Assembly (NCBI GenBank): GCA_038087875.1
Contig: JAXLNO010000385.1
Location: 992,001 to 1,056,000, forward strand
Length of the DNA: 64,000 nt
Reading direction: 5' to 3'
Source of the DNA: Malacoraja senta
Taxonomy: Eukaryota
The notes under the pieces: generated by a model
Databases searched by the model: none
What the model was told of the DNA's origin: nothing
What the model saw: the letters and a program-made list of their open reading frames with translations, nothing else
Program-made: the position numbers and the translations under genes
Shown: positions 27,644-42,564 of the stretch, in pieces
Layout: every line of letters begins with the position of its first letter
Position numbering within the stretch: position 1 is the stretch's first letter

Positions 27644-30358
27644 GCTGGCAGTCTGGGCAACCAGGTCCTCCATCCAAGATGAAGCGATGCAGGATACAAT
27701 CATCACGATAAAGTCATCATCCTGTGAGGGCAGATCCTCGCATGCCGTCCGAGGTGCATGTGAAACAGTGTCCTCCAGGTGCATATCCATTCCACGTTTG
27801 TAGGTCAGGACGATGTCATATTTTTGAAGTGGTAGTAACATCCGTTGTGGGCGCGCAGGAGAGTTATGAATAGGTTTATTGAAAATGCTGATAAGAGGTT
27901 GGTGGTCGGTTTTAATTGTAATAGTGCGACCAAAGATGAAATCGTTGAACATTTTACAGGCGAACACAACCGCAAACAGCCCTTCTTCGATTTGGGCGAA
28001 TCGTTGCTCTGTGTCAGACATGGTTCGCGAGGCCTAGGCGACAGGTTTATTGTCATGGCCATCATTCTGAAGGCATGCAGCGCGCAGCTAGAGTAGGGGT
28101 GGACGACATCTGCCGTTTAAGAGTGTCAAATGCTGTCTGTTGTCGCTCATGCCAGGTCTAAGCAGAGTCGTTGTGTGTGAGATGGCGCAATGGGGCTGAT
28201 ATTTCGCTGAAATATGGAATGAATTTGCTCAAATAGTTAGCCATGCCAAGGGACCTCTGTAAACTGAGCACATCTGTGGGTGCTAGAAGCTCATTAATTG
28301 CACTGGTTTTCGCTGGATCCGTTTTTAGGCCGTCTTTGGTAAATATATGGCCTAAGTATTTTACCTCATTCACTCTAAATTTGCATTTTTTAGGATTTAG
28401 CTTCAGATGGATGGCCTCTGCACGCCTCCATACTTCTGTCAGATTGGCATCGTGCTCCTGGACCGTTTTCCCAGCCATGAGGATATAATCCACTACGATG
28501 GAGCATGGGTATCCTGCAAACAATTGTTCCATGGATTGTTGAAATACTTCACTGGCAGAACTTATACCAAAAGGCATCCTCAGAAATTTATGACGTCCGA
28601 ACGGAGTACTGAAAGTTGTCAACTTGGAGGAGTTATGTTCCAGTGGAATCTGCCAGAATGAGCTCTTGGCATCTTGCACTGTGAATATAGTTGCTTCAGC
28701 CATCTGCGCCGCAATCTCGTCCACATAGCACATAGGATAACGCGCCGTTTAATTACTGTATTTAGGTCCTTGGGGTTGATACAGATCCGTATCTCATCTC
28801 TGTTGTTCTTAGAAGCGACAACCATTGTGGAGACCCAGTTCGAAGGGTCAGTTACGGGAGTAATCTCACCGAGTCACCATTCTGTTAAGTTCACTTTGAA
28901 CGCGATCCCGCATAGCGTGGGGAATCTTGTGAGCCGGACGAACAACTGGGATTGCCTCAGGGTCAATACTAATCGTGGAACTAACAGGCAATTTGCCCAG
29001 CTTATCATTACACAAATCCTTGTATTGTGTTAGAATTTGATGTGTAAAATCATACTCTGTAGACAGTGGACAGACAGAAGGGCCGAAAGAAACTAATCCC
29101 ATGTCTAGGCATGCATCGGCACCCGGTATGGATGGTACCTTCTCGCGTTCCACGTAGAAATCCAGGATGTGGTCACGTGAGTTGAGACAGCTACGTAACT
29201 CTACTTGGCCGATAGGGTATAATCGAGAACCATCAAACGAGACAAGTGATGCAGTTGTACGAGTTAAAGTTTCTGTGTTTTTCAGCATCTGGAAGACAGC
29301 CAAAGAGATTACATTGCAGCGCGCCCCCGTCGACCTTGACATAAAGGGTTCTGCCATTAATAAGCAATTCAACCTTGGGATCTAGCCGGTTGTGCACTGA
29401 ATTAGACTAAGCATTTACATCAATCTCTGCTCTATCGCCATCTGTTTGTACATCCATGGGAACTACGTGAGCGAACTCGGAGCTTGAATATTCATTATGG
29501 TTTGGCGAGTTGACAGACTGTTTCATTTGAAATCTGTCACTGCGTGAACGACAGCATTTGACGAAATTGTTTCTTTTATTCCAGAATCGACAGTTTTCCA
29601 TACGCAGGGCACCGGTCGCGAACTGCAATATGTGAACCCCCACAGTTAAAACAATTAGAGATCTATCTTAGGTTATTAGCTGGCCCCTGTGACGAGCGAG
29701 CAGGAGTTTGATAAGACAAGCCGGCCGCATTAACTTCACGAGCAGCAGAGTGTCCAAGAGCGACAGCGGTTTTCAACAGCCGCTAAAGTCAGGTCAACTT
29801 TCTGCAGTAATTCATCGCGTAATTCATCATTCAATATGCCATGGATTAAGCCGTCCCGTACAAGACTACATTGAATCTCTCTGAAATCGCATCGACTAGC
29901 GACATGCTTCAGCGCATTAACATGTGGTTCAACAGAATCTCCTTGTTTTTGACACATTTAAAAAAAATTATGGCGTTCCATGCTTACATTAATTTGTAAC
30001 TCACATAAGTGTCAGAATTTACGTAGGGAGACATTAAGGATCACGGGGAGACTCCGCAGCAATTTGATCACCGTTAGCATCAACTCTAGCCAGTGCATGG
30101 TGAAATCTTCTGGCACGACGCGCAGCCTCAGTGCCTGCCAAATGGAGGAATAATGAATGCACGAAGAGCAGGATCAGCAGCAGGAAATGCAGCCTCAACG
30201 TAGATTGAAAAATCCTCTTCAAACACAAGCCATCGTTCTGCAAGATCTGCATCGAACACCAAGATCCCTGGCTTCCTGAGAGCAGAAGCCATTATCCACA
30301 GTAGAAAAATAAAAACCAAGGTTTATAAAAACAGAATCAATTGAGGAGTAAGGCCGGA

Positions 30359-30371
30359 CACTCTGACACCA
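30359..30371 (-). promoter_or_regulatory. Primer-binding site, tRNA-Leu-like
   Basis: TGGTGTCAGAGTG directly follows the LTR-end ...ATCGACA. It is one nucleotide shorter than the complement of vertebrate tRNA-Leu(CAA/CAG) 3' ends. Confidence 0.65.
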
Positions 30372-31140
30372 TGTCGATTGATGTCCTTATAATAAGAGTA
30401 GCCTTACACCATGATAAGGATTCTAAGGATAAGTACATGGAGGGCGAGGGGGAGACGGGGAGGGAGAGAGAGAGACGTGGAGGTGAGGGAGGAAGGGGTG
30501 TGGGAGAGAGAGGGGCAGGGAAGGGACGGGAGAGAGCGACGGGTAGGGTAAGAGAAAGATGGGGAGGGAGGGGGAGAGACAGGGACTGGAACAGAGAGAG
30601 AGATGGAGAGAGAGGGAGAGATACAGTGAGAGTGAGATAGCGAGAGAGACGGGGAGGAGAGGAAGACAGAGAGACAGGGATGGGAGGGAGAGATAGGCGG
30701 GGAGAGAGAGACGGGTAGAGGAGGTAGAGAGAAACAGGTAGGAAAGGGAGAGTGGGAGACGGGGAGGAAGGGAGAGAGAGAAACGGGGAGCGAGAGAGGG
30801 AGATGGGTAGGGAGAGAGAGAGAGATTGGGAGGTGAGGGAGAAAGACGGGGTGGGAGTGAGAGGGGCGGGGAGAGAAGGGAGAGAGCGATGGGAAGTGAG
30901 AGAGAGAGATAGATGGGGAGGTGAGGGAGAAAGACGGTGTGGGGAGAGACGCTGAGGGAGAGAAGCACGGGGTGGATATAGATAGGGGCAAGACAGAATG
31001 AGACGGCGAGAGAGAGCGTGGGAGACGGAGAGAGGGAGAGGAAGAGACGGGTGAGGGAGGTAGTGAGAGATGGGGAGGGGAGGGAGAGAGAGCGAGAGGG
31101 GGAGAGAGAGCGGGATTGACAGCGATAGACGGGGGGAGAG

Positions 31141-31261
<121 letters not shown>

Positions 31262-31482
31262 CGGGAGAGAGAGAGAGCGGGAGAGAGAGGGAGAGAGATG
31301 ACCGTTTGTCGGCACTGGGCTTGTACCCACTGGAGTTTAGAAGAACGAGGGCGGACCTCAATGAAACGTTTGTCATTTGGCCAGACATATAGACAGGTAC
31401 ACGGATAGGACATGTTTAAAGGTATATTTGCAGGTGCCCTCCCCTTATTCCCGCATTTGCAGGTGCCCTCCCTTAAATCCAA

Positions 31483-31580
31483 GTGGTAGATTTGCTGCCT
31501 CACAGCGCCGGAGACCCGAGTTCGATCCTGACCACGGGCGGGATCTGTACAGACTTTGCACTTTTTCCCCGCGACCTGCC
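31483..31580 (+). mobile_element. tRNA-derived SINE fragment (V-SINE/HE1-like)
   Basis: tggtagatttgctgcctcacagcgccggagacccgagttcgatcctgaccacggg, with B-box GTTCGATCC. Copies at ~38446, ~45753 and partial at ~34470, 36705, 43256, 45001. Confidence 0.65.
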
Positions 31581-31634
31581 TCGGGCCGGCACGGTGTCTC
31601 CAACTCTCCCCCCTCCCCTCTCTCTCCCTATCCA

Positions 31635-31880
31635 GAGGATATAGATTCAAGGTGAAGGGGAAATATTTAATAGGGACCTGAGGGGGTAACGTTTCCACAC
31701 GGAGGGTGGTGAGTTGTATGGACCAGCTGCCGGAAGTAGTTGAGGCAGGGATTTCACAACGTTTGGACAGGTACAGGATATGACAGGTTTAGAGGGATAG
31801 GGCCAAACGCGGGCAGGTGGAATAAGTGCAGATGTTGGTCAGTCTGGGCAAGTTGACCGAAGGACCTGTTTCCATGTTGT
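31635..31880 (+). mobile_element. Degraded CR1-like 3' fragment
   Basis: agattcaaggtgaagggg...cacggagggtggtg...gggccaaacgcgggcaggtgg...gaaggacctgtttcc. Copies at ~38578-38838 and ~45886-46128. Confidence 0.6.
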
Positions 31881-32010
31881 GTTAGATCTACACCCCTTTC
31901 CCCTTCCTCCGTCACCCTCTCGACCTCCCCATCACTCTCCCCTCGCCCTCTCCCCCTCCCCGGTCCCTCCCTCCCTCTCCCCGTCTCTCACACACTCTCC
32001 CCGTCTCTCC

Positions 32011-32095
<85 letters not shown>

Positions 32096-32641
32096 CTCTC
32101 TCTCTCGCTCTCTCGCTCCGCTGTCTCTCCCCATCTCTCTCTCCCTCTCCCCGTTTCTCTCTCTCGCTCTACCCGCCTCTCCCCCGTCACTCCCTCGCCC
32201 TCCCCTTCTCTCTCGCTCTCCCCATCCCAGTCTGTCTCTTTCTCCCTCTTCCAGTTTCTCTCTCTCCGTCTCTCTACTTCTCCCTCTCTCTCTCTTCTCT
32301 CCTTCCAACCCTCGGATCCCTCTCGTCTCTCCTTCCCTCTCTCTTCGTCCATCTCCCCATCTCTCTCCCTCTCCCCCCAAGACCCTCCCCACAGACGGTG
32401 ACCCCTCCCACATGTAGCCCCACCACTCATTTCCCACCCCATCACACACACCTTCTGCATGTTCATTATGTCGATGCCTAAGAGAGAGGTGCTCAGGCAG
32501 TGCGAGACAGGGAGTGAGTGAGAGAGGAGGGGAGAAGAGAGAGGTGGGCAGAGGGGAGAGAGAGAGGAGAGGAGAGAGGCGGCGAGGGGAGGGAGAGAGG
32601 GAGACGGGAAGGAAGAGAGAGAGAGAGAGACGGAGAGAGAC

Positions 32642-32903
32642 ACAATAGACAATAGACGATAGGCGCAGGAGGAGGCCATTTGGTCCTTCGAGCTTGCACC
32701 GCCATTCAATGTGATCATGGCTGATCATCCCCAATCAGTACCCCGTTTCCGCCTTCTCCCCCATAATACCCTGCCCGCTATTTTTAAGAGCCAAATCTAG
32801 CTCTCTCATGAAAGCATCCAGAGAATCAGAGGCAGAGAATTACACACTCACCACTGTGAGAAAAAGTGTCATCGTTTCTGTTCCAAATGGCTTACTCCTT
32901 ATT
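32642..32903 (-). mobile_element. Short CR1 3' fragment
   Basis: Same 3' end and caatagac tail as the 12668 element. Confidence 0.85.
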
Positions 32904-33408
32904 ATTACGTGGAGGGAGAGAGACAGATAGAGGGAGGGAGAGAGATAGAGGGTGAGGGGGGATAGAGAGCGACGGGGAGGGGAGGGAGAGAGAAAGTAAG
33001 AGTGACGGGGTGGCGAGGGAGAGAAGGGGGAGGAGGGGAGAGGAGAGTCGGGGAGGGGAGGGATAGAGACGGGTAGGGAATGCAAACGCGCCGAAGGGGT
33101 GGGAGAGAGCTCGAGATGGAGGAAGAGAGAACGAGGAGGGACATCAATGAAACAACATTTAAGTGTCATTTGGCCAGATACACTTAGCCAGACATTTATG
33201 TACATGGATAGGACAGGTTTAAAGATATAATTACAGGTGCCCTCCCCTAATTCCATCATTTACAGGTGCACTCCCTTAAATCCGTGGCAGATTTGCCAGA
33301 CCCGATGGGGAGAGAGATGCGGAGAGAGATGGGGAGAGAGGGGGTAGAGTGGGGAAGATAGTGGAGAGAGAGATAGAGAGAGGGAGAGAGAGAGAGAGAG
33401 AGAGGGAG

Positions 33409-33525
<117 letters not shown>

Positions 33526-33925
33526 AGAGAGAGAGAATAATCCTTGGTGAAGGAAATACGGCACATCATGGTGCACAATACGTAACAGCATGCCATAACC
33601 TGAGAGACGGTGAATGACCAACATGCACATATGCACGCACACACTAATTGACATTAACTGACACTAAGAAATTAATATTGAATTGCTAAACTTGCTACTC
33701 TGTTGTACTGCTTACAGCTGCAAGAACGTATAGCAATTAATAAAGGGCTATAGGTCTATTGCGATTTTATGTACAGGGACATATCAATCCGTGCACAGTA
33801 TACTTGTATTCATATTGGTGCATTTTATATATGTCATATTTTATACTTTGGCTATATAACGATGTATTTTATCATGCCAATAAAGTTTTTTTAATTGAAT
33901 TGAAATTGAAAATTGAAATTGAATT

Positions 33926-34065
<140 letters not shown>

Positions 34066-35642
34066 GTGAGAGAGAGAGAGAGCGAGAGAGAGAGAGAGAG
34101 AGAGAGACGGGGGTGGAGAGAGAAGGATGGGGAGGGGGAGAGAGAGGGAGAAAGTAGAAGGCCTGGGAGAGGGAGTGAGCGAGACTGGGCTGGGAGTGGA
34201 CGAAGTGAGAGATGAGGTCTCGTGTGAAGAACTCTCTCGACCTGAAACATGTCGCAATCATTCTCCCCAGAGATGCTGCATGTCCGGCTGAGTTACGCCA
34301 GCATTTTGTTTGTCTATGTTAAGCCAAGTTATGTCATGGACAGGTTAAGAAACTGTGCTCAACATATGATGAGCGTTATCGGCACTGGGCCTGTACTCAC
34401 TGGAGTTTAGAATAACGAGGGGGACCTTATTGAAACAACGTTTAAGAGACATTTCGACAGGAACATGGACCCGTTCGATCCTGACCACGGGCGCTGTCTG
34501 TGCAGAGTTTGCACTTTCTCCCGCGACCTGCATCTGGCCGGCACTCCCACTCCTCACCCCTCTCCCCCCTCCGTCACTCGCTCGACCTCCCCATCATTCT
34601 CCCCCTCCCCCTCTTCCCGCTCCCCATCTCCCCCCCCCTCTTCCCGTCTATCATTCTCTCTCCCCATCGATCCCTCCCTCCCCATCTCTCTCCCTCTCCT
34701 CTCTTCCCGTCTCTCTCTCTTCCCATCTGCCTCTCTCCCTCTCCCGGTTTCTCTCTCTATCTTCCTCGTCTCTCACTCTCCCCGCGTCTCTTTCCCCCGT
34801 CTCTCCCTGCCTCTCGCCGTCTCTCGCTTGCCCCATCGACGCCTCTCTCTCTCCCTCTTCCACTCTCTCTCTCCCCATCTCTCTCTACTTCCCCCTCTCT
34901 CTCCCGTCTCTCCATCCCTCCCTCCGTCTCCATCTCTAGACCCTTCTCTCTCTCCCCCTCCCCCCGTCTCTCTGTACCTCCCTCCCTGTACCCTCTCTCT
35001 CTCCCCGTCACATTCTCTCCCCGACTTTTTCCGTCAGACACTCCCTCCTTCCTGCTGTGACAAACGCCGAGACGCAGAGCGAGAGTGAGTGACGGGAGAG
35101 AGAGAGACAGACGCGGAGGGGGGGGTGAGAGCGACGGGGAGGGAAGAGAGAGAGAGAGGATGGGAGGGGAGGGAGCGAAAGAGATGAGACGGGGAGGGAG
35201 AGAGAGAGAGAGTGAGGGGAGGGAGGAGAGAGTAACACGGAGAAAGAGAGAGATAGAGAAGGGAGAAGGGAGATGGAGAGGGGAGGGGAGGGAGGGAGAT
35301 AGACGGGGATGGAGAGAGAGACGGAGAGGGAGAGACACGTGGAGGGAGAGAGAGATAGATGGTGAGGGAGCGAAAGTGAGAGACGGGCGGGGAGAGAGAG
35401 AGGAAAAGTAAGAGAGTGACGGGGAGGCGAGGGAGAGAGAGGGGTGAGAAGAGGCGAGGGGGAAGGGAGGAGAGTCCGGGAGGAAGAGAGATAGAGACGG
35501 TAGGGGAAGGAAAAAGAGACGGGTAGGGGAGGGAGAGAGAGCCTGGGATGGAGGGAGAGAGAGAGAATGACGGGGAAGGAGAGAGAGGTGGGTGGAGAGT
35601 GATGGGGAGGGGAGAGAGTAGAGAGAGAGAGAAGAGAGAGAG

Positions 35643-35761
<119 letters not shown>

Positions 35762-35831
35762 GAAAGAGAGATAAAGAGAGAGTTAGAGAGAGAGAGAGAG
35801 AGATGGAGAGAGAGTGGAGAGAGAGAGGAGA

Positions 35832-35920
<89 letters not shown>

Positions 35921-35939
35921 GAGAGAGAGAGGGGGGAGA

Positions 35940-36061
<122 letters not shown>

Positions 36062-36893
36062 AGAGAGAGAGAGATGTAGAGTGGCGGAGAGGAGAGAGAG
36101 ATACAGGGAGGAGAGAGGGAGACGGGAGGGGGAGGAGAGGGAGATGCGACGGGGTAGGGGACCAGAGAGAGAAGGAGACGGGGAGGGGAAAGAAAGAGTG
36201 ACGGAGACGGAGGGGGGAGACAGACGGAGAGGGGAGAGAGAGACGGGGAAGGGGGACAGATTGGGGGGCGAGGAGACAAGGACGGAACCGAACGACCCAC
36301 CCACCCCCCTGCCTCCCCTCCTCCCTACCTCTCTCCCTCCCTCTTCTTCCTCCCCTGTAAATTTACACATGTTTGGTGCTGCTACTAGTTAGGATGTCAT
36401 TATTGTGTCTGGGATATTTGACAATGAAACACACGTGAGTCTTGACCCGCTGCCCTCTCCCTCTCACCCAGTCTCTCTCCCTGCGCGTTGCTCTCTCTTC
36501 CATCCAGTCACTCCACTCTCTTTCTCCGTTCCCCCCTTCTTTCTCCTTTCTTTCCCCCTGTCTCTCTCTCCGGAGAAGAACGAGGGACCTCATTGATACA
36601 ACGTTTAAGTCATTTGGCCAGAGACATTTGGCCAGACATTTAGACAGGTACATGGATAGGACAGGTTTAACGGTGTACTTACAGGTGCCCTCCCCTAAAT
36701 CCGAGTGGTAGAGTTGCTGTCTCACAGCGTCAGATACCCGGTGGGGAGAGAGATGGGGAGAGAAGGGGTAGAGTGGGGGAGATAGTGGAGAAAGATCGAG
36801 ATAGGGAGCGAGAGAGAGAGAGAGAGAGAGAGAGAGTGAGAGAGCGAGAGAGAGAGTGAGAGAGTGAGTTTGAGAGAGAGTGAGAGAGCGAGC

Positions 36894-36926
<33 letters not shown>

Positions 36927-39900
36927 TGAGAGAGTGAGAGATTGAGAGAGAGAGAGAGCGAGAGAGAGAGAGTGAGAGAGAGCGAGAGAGAGTGAGAGAG
37001 TGAGAGAGAGAGAGAGAGCGAGAGAGAGAGAGAAACGGGGGTGGAGAGGATGGGGAGGGGCGGAGAGAGAGAGAGAGAGAGAGATAGAGAAGAAGGCCTG
37101 GGAGAGGTGGCAGCGAGACGGGGAGTAGAGGAAGTGAGAGATGGGATCTCGTCTGAAGAACGGTCTCGACTCGAATCATGTCCGATTCCTTCTCCCCAGA
37201 AATGCTGCCATGTCCCGCTGTTCCGCCAGAATTGTGTTTGTCTATGTTAATCCAAGTTATGTAGTGCCCAGGTTTATAAACTGTGCTCAACATATGATGA
37301 GCGTTTGTCGGCACTGGTCCTGTACTCACTGAAGTTCAGAAGAACGAGGGGGGCCTCATTGAAACAGCGTTTGTGATAGACGGGGGGTAGGGGAGGGAGG
37401 GAGAGAGACGGTAAGGGAGAGAGCGAGACGGGGAGAGGAACACATGGAGGGAGGGAGAGATAGATGGTGAGAGAGAGGGACGGGGAGGGGGAGAGAGAGA
37501 GGAAAATTAAGAGAGTGACGGGGAGGCGAGAGACGGGGAGGGGAGGGAGAGAGTGTCGGGGAGAGAGATAGAGACGGTTAGAGGAAGGAAAAATAGACGG
37601 GTAGGGGACGGAGAGAGAGCCGGGATGAAGGGAGAGAAAGAGTGACGGGGAGGGAGACAGAGAGATGGGGAGGGAAAGAGAGAAGGGACAAGGACGGGGG
37701 AGACCGACTGGGAGGGAAATAGAGAGAGAGATGGGGAGGGAGGGGATGGGAGAGAGACTGGGTGGAAGGGAGAGATAGACGGGGAGCGAGAGAGAGAGAG
37801 AGAGAGAGGAGGGATGGAGAGCGGCGGAGAGGAGAGAGAGAGAGAGAGAGATACGGGGAGGAGAGAGAATGAGGAAGGGAGGAGAGAGGGAGATGCGACG
37901 GGTAGGGGACCAGAGACAGAAAGAGACGGGGAGGGGAAAGAGAGATTGACGGAGACGGGGGAGAGAGACGGAGAAGGGAGGGAGAGACAGGAGAGGAGGG
38001 AGGGAGACGGGCAGAGAAAGGAGCGAAATGGGGAGGGAAGGGAGAGAGACGGAGATGGGAGAGAGAGACGGGAAGGGGGAGAGATGAAGGGGCTAGGGAG
38101 ACAGGGACACGGACTCCAACGTCCCACCCACCCCCCTGCCTCCCTCCCTCTCTCCCTCCATCCTCTTCTTCCCCTCTATGTTTACATACTGTTGGTGCTG
38201 CTCCTAGTTTGGATGTCATTATTGTGTCTGGAATATTTGACACACGTGGCTCTTGACCCGCTGCCCCTCCCTTCTTACCCAGTCTCTATACCTCCGCGTT
38301 GCTCTCTCAGAAGAACGATGGGGAACCTCATTGAAAGAACGTTTAAGAGTCATTTGGACAGTTAAATGAATAAGACAGGTTTAAAGGTATATATTCACGT
38401 ACCCTCTCCTAATTCTCTCATTTACAGGTGCCCTCCCATATATCTAAGTTGCTGCCTCACAGCGCCAGAGACCCGCGTTCAATCCTGACCACGGGAGCTG
38501 TCTGTGCAGAGTTTACACTTTCTCGTCGCGATCTGCCTCGGGCCGGCACGGTGCCTCCCACTCCCCCTCCGTAGCCATAGGATATAGATTCAAGGTGATG
38601 GGGAAAAGATTTAATAGGAACCTGAGGGGGTAACATTTCGACACAGAGGGTGGTGGGTTTTATGGAACAGCTGCCGGAAGATGTTCTTGAGGCAGTGATT
38701 ATCACGACGTTTGGACAGGTAAATGTATAGCACAGGTTTGGAGGGATATGGCCCAAACGCGGGCAGGTGGGATAAGTGTAAACGGAGCATGTTGGTCAGT
38801 CTGGACATGTTGACCGAAGGACCTGTTTCCGTTGTATTACTTCCCCAACCATCTCCGCCCTCCGGCACTCTCTCGATCTCCCAATCATTCTCCCCCTCCC
38901 CGTTTCTCCCTCCCTCTCCCCGTCTCTCACTCTCTCGCTCCCCGTCTCTCCCTCCTCCCCATCCCTCCTCTCTTCCCCGTCTCTCCCTGCCTCTCCCAGT
39001 CTCTCTCCCTGTCTCTACTTACCCTTCTCTCTCTCCCGTTTCCCCATCCCTCCGTCTCCATCTCTAGATCCTTCTCTCTCTCTCTTTCTCCCGTCAGTTT
39101 CTCTCTCTGACTTTTTCTGTCAGACACTCCCTCCTTCCTGCTGCGACAAACGCCGAGACGCAGAGCGAGAGTGAGTGACGAGGTGAGGGAGAGACAGACG
39201 GGGAGGGAGGGAGAGACGGGGAGGGAAAGAGAGAGAGAGAGAGGATGGGAGGGGAGAGGAGCGAAAGAGATGAGAAGGGGAGAGGAGAGGGAGAGACAAA
39301 GAGGGGAGGAGAGAGAGGGACACACAGAGAAAGAGTGAAAGAGGGTAGAGGGAGAGATGGGGTGGGGAGGGAGGGAGAGAGATGGGAAGGGAGAGAGAGA
39401 CGGGGAGAGAGAGAGACTGGGAGAGATAGATAGATGGTGAGGGAGGGAAAGAGAGAGACGGGAGGGTGGGAGAGAGAGGAAAAGTAAGAGAGTGTCGGGG
39501 AGGCGAGAGAGAGATGGGGAGGGGAGGGAGAGAGAGATGGGGAGGGAAAGAGAGAGAGATGCGAGGGGTAGGGGACCAGAGAGAGAAAGAGACGGGGAGG
39601 GGAAAGAGAGAGTGACGGAGACGCGGGAGAGAGACGGGACCGAAGGGCGTGTTTCCGTTGTATTACTTCCACAACCCTCTCCTCCCTCCGTCACTCTCTC
39701 GTTCCCCCCATCATTCTCCCCTCCTCCACTCCCCCCTCCCCGTCTCTCCCTCCCTCTCCCCGTTTCTCACTCTGTCTCTCCCCGTCTCTCCCTCCCTCCC
39801 CCATCTCTCTCTCTCCTCTCTTCCCCGTCTCTCCGTTTCTCTCCTCTTCTCTCGCTCGCCCCATCCATGTCTCTCTCTCCCTCCCAGTCTCTCTCTCCCC

Positions 39901-40205
39901 GTCTCTCTCTACTCCCCCTCTCACTCTCCCGTCTCTCCTTCCCTCCGTCTCCATTTTGGCACCTCTCTCTCTCCCGTCTCTCCATCCCTTCCTCCGTCTC
40001 CATCTCTAGAACCTTCTCCCTCTCTCCTCTCTGTACCTCCCTCCCTGCACCCTCTCTCTCTCTCGCCCCGTCACTTTCTCTCTCTGACCTTTTCTGTTAG
40101 ACACTCTGTTAGAGAGGATTGGAGGGGATGGGAGGGAGTGAAAGAGTTGAGACGGAGATTTTGTTCGACTTCGAGTTCGAGTACGAGTTCGAGATCGTGT
40201 TCGAG

Positions 40206-40260
<55 letters not shown>

Positions 40261-40660
40261 ATAGAGAGAGAGATACAGTTAGTTCGAATTCGAGTTCCAG
40301 ATAGAGTTCGAGTTTTGTTCAAGTTCGAGCTCGAGCTCGAGTTGAATGAATGAATGAAAGAATGAATGAATGAAGGAATGAATGAATGAAGGAATGAATG
40401 AACGAATGAATGAATGAATGAATGAATTTATTGGCCAAGTCTTCACATACAAGGAATTTGCCTTGGTGCTCCGCCCGCAAGTGGAACTCCAACTCGAGTT
40501 TTAAATAGAGTTCGAGGTCGAGGTGGTGTTCGAGATAGAGTTTGTGTTCGACAGAGAGATCGATATATAGTTCGAGATCGAGTTCTAGATCGAGTTCGAG
40601 TTCGAGATAGAGTTCGTTCGAATTCGAGTTCGAGTTCGAGATTGAGGTCGATGTCGAGAT

Positions 40661-40860
40661 NNNNNNNNNNNNNNNNNNNNNNNNNNNNNNNNNNNNNNNN
40701 NNNNNNNNNNNNNNNNNNNNNNNNNNNNNNNNNNNNNNNNNNNNNNNNNNNNNNNNNNNNNNNNNNNNNNNNNNNNNNNNNNNNNNNNNNNNNNNNNNNN
40801 NNNNNNNNNNNNNNNNNNNNNNNNNNNNNNNNNNNNNNNNNNNNNNNNNNNNNNNNNNNN
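40661..40860. other. Assembly gap (200 N)
   Basis: Run of N. Confidence 1.
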
Positions 40861-40975
40861 GAGAGGGGAGAAGAGAGAGGTGGGCAGAGGGAGCGAGAGA
40901 GGAGAGGCGAGAGGCGGCAAGGGGAGGGAGAGAGGGAGACGGGAAGGAAGAGAGAGAGAGAGGCGGAGAGAGACA

Positions 40976-41234
40976 CAATAGACAATAGACAGGCGCAGGA
41001 GGAGGCCATTTGGCCCTTCGAGCCAGCACCGCCATTCCATGTGATCATGGCTGATCATCCCCAATCAGTACCCCGTTCCCGCCTTCTCCCCCATAATCCC
41101 CTGACCGCTATTTTTAAGAGCCAAATCTAGCTCTCTCATGAAAGCATCCAGAGAATCTGAGGCAGAGAATTACACACTCACCACTCTGTGAGAAAAGTTT
41201 CATTGTTTCTGTTCTAAATGGCTTACTCCTTATT
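40976..41234 (-). mobile_element. Short CR1 3' fragment (duplicate of 32642-32903)
   Basis: Same truncation point and flanks as the 32642 copy. Confidence 0.85.
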
Positions 41235-42248
41235 ATTACGGGAGGGAGAGAGACAGATAGAGGGGGAGAGAGCGATAGAGGGTGAGGGGGGATAGAGAGC
41301 GACGGGGAGGGGAGAGGGAGAGAGAAAGTAAGAGTGACGGGGTGGCGAGGGAGAGAGAGGGGGATGGAGGAGAGAGAGAGTCGGGGAGGGGAGGGATAGA
41401 GACGGGTAGGGGAATGCAAAAGCGACGGGGTGGGAGAGAGCTCGAGATGGTGAAGAGAGAACGAGGAGGGACATCAATGAAACAACATTTAAGTGTCATT
41501 TGGCCAGATACACTTAGCCAGACAGTTATGTACATGGATAGGACAGGTTTAAAGGTATAATTACAGGTGCCCTCCCCTAATTCCATCATTTACAGGTGCA
41601 CTCCCTTATATCCGTGGCAGATTTGCCAGACCCGATGGGGAGAGAGATGGGAGAGAGATGGGGAGAGAGGGGTAGAGTGGGGAAGATAGTGGAGAGAGAG
41701 AGGATGGGAGGGGAGGGAGCGAAAGAGATGAGACGGGTAGGGGAGAGAGAGAGAGACAGTGAGGGGAGGGAGGAGAGAGTAACACGGAGAAAGAGAGAGA
41801 TAGAGAGGGGAGAAGGAGATGGAGAGGGGAGGGGAGGGAGGGAGATAGACGGGAAGTGAGAGAGAGACGGAGACAGAGAGACACGTGGAGAGAGAGAGAG
41901 ATAGATGGTGAGGGAGGGAAAGTGAGAGACGGGGCGGGGGAGAGAGAGAGGAAAGAGTAGGGAGAGTGACGGGGAGGCGAGGGAGAGAGAGGGGTGAGAA
42001 GCGGCGAGGGGGAGGGGAGGGAGTGTCCGGGAGGAAGAGAGATATAGACAGTAGGGGAAGGAAAAAGAGACGGGTAGGGGATGGAGAGAGAGCCGGGGAT
42101 GGAAGGAGAGAGAGAGAGTGACGGGGAAGGAGAGAGAGGTAGGTGGGAGAGTTATGGGGAGGGGAGAGAGTAGAGAGAGAGGGAGAGAGAGAGAGAGAGA
42201 TAGATAGATAGAGAGAGAAAGAGAGAGAGAGAGAGGGAGAGAGAGAGA

Positions 42249-42310
<62 letters not shown>

Positions 42311-42389
42311 GAGAGAGAGAGGAGAGAGAGATAGATAGAGAGAGAGAGGGAGAGAGAGAGAGAGATAGAGAGAGAGAGGGAGGAGAGAG

Positions 42390-42564
<175 letters not shown>

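Larger units (their letters stand above)
25975..30425 (-). mobile_element. Gypsy family A element, decayed (5' LTR remnant, PBS, gag, PR, RT, RH, integrase core missing, PPT, 3' LTR)
   Basis: gag ATG at 30292 (MASALRKPGILVFD). Protease TGARCNVIS (28866-29372). RT DAKSSFWQ, RMPFGI, VVDYIL (28158-28733). RH EQRFAQIE, TDHQPL (27548-28021). 3' LTR at 25975-26154. Confidence 0.92.

Noticed and set aside
31483..31580. tRNA gene suggested by B-box GTTCGATCC
   Set aside because: No complete cloverleaf; it is a truncated SINE head.
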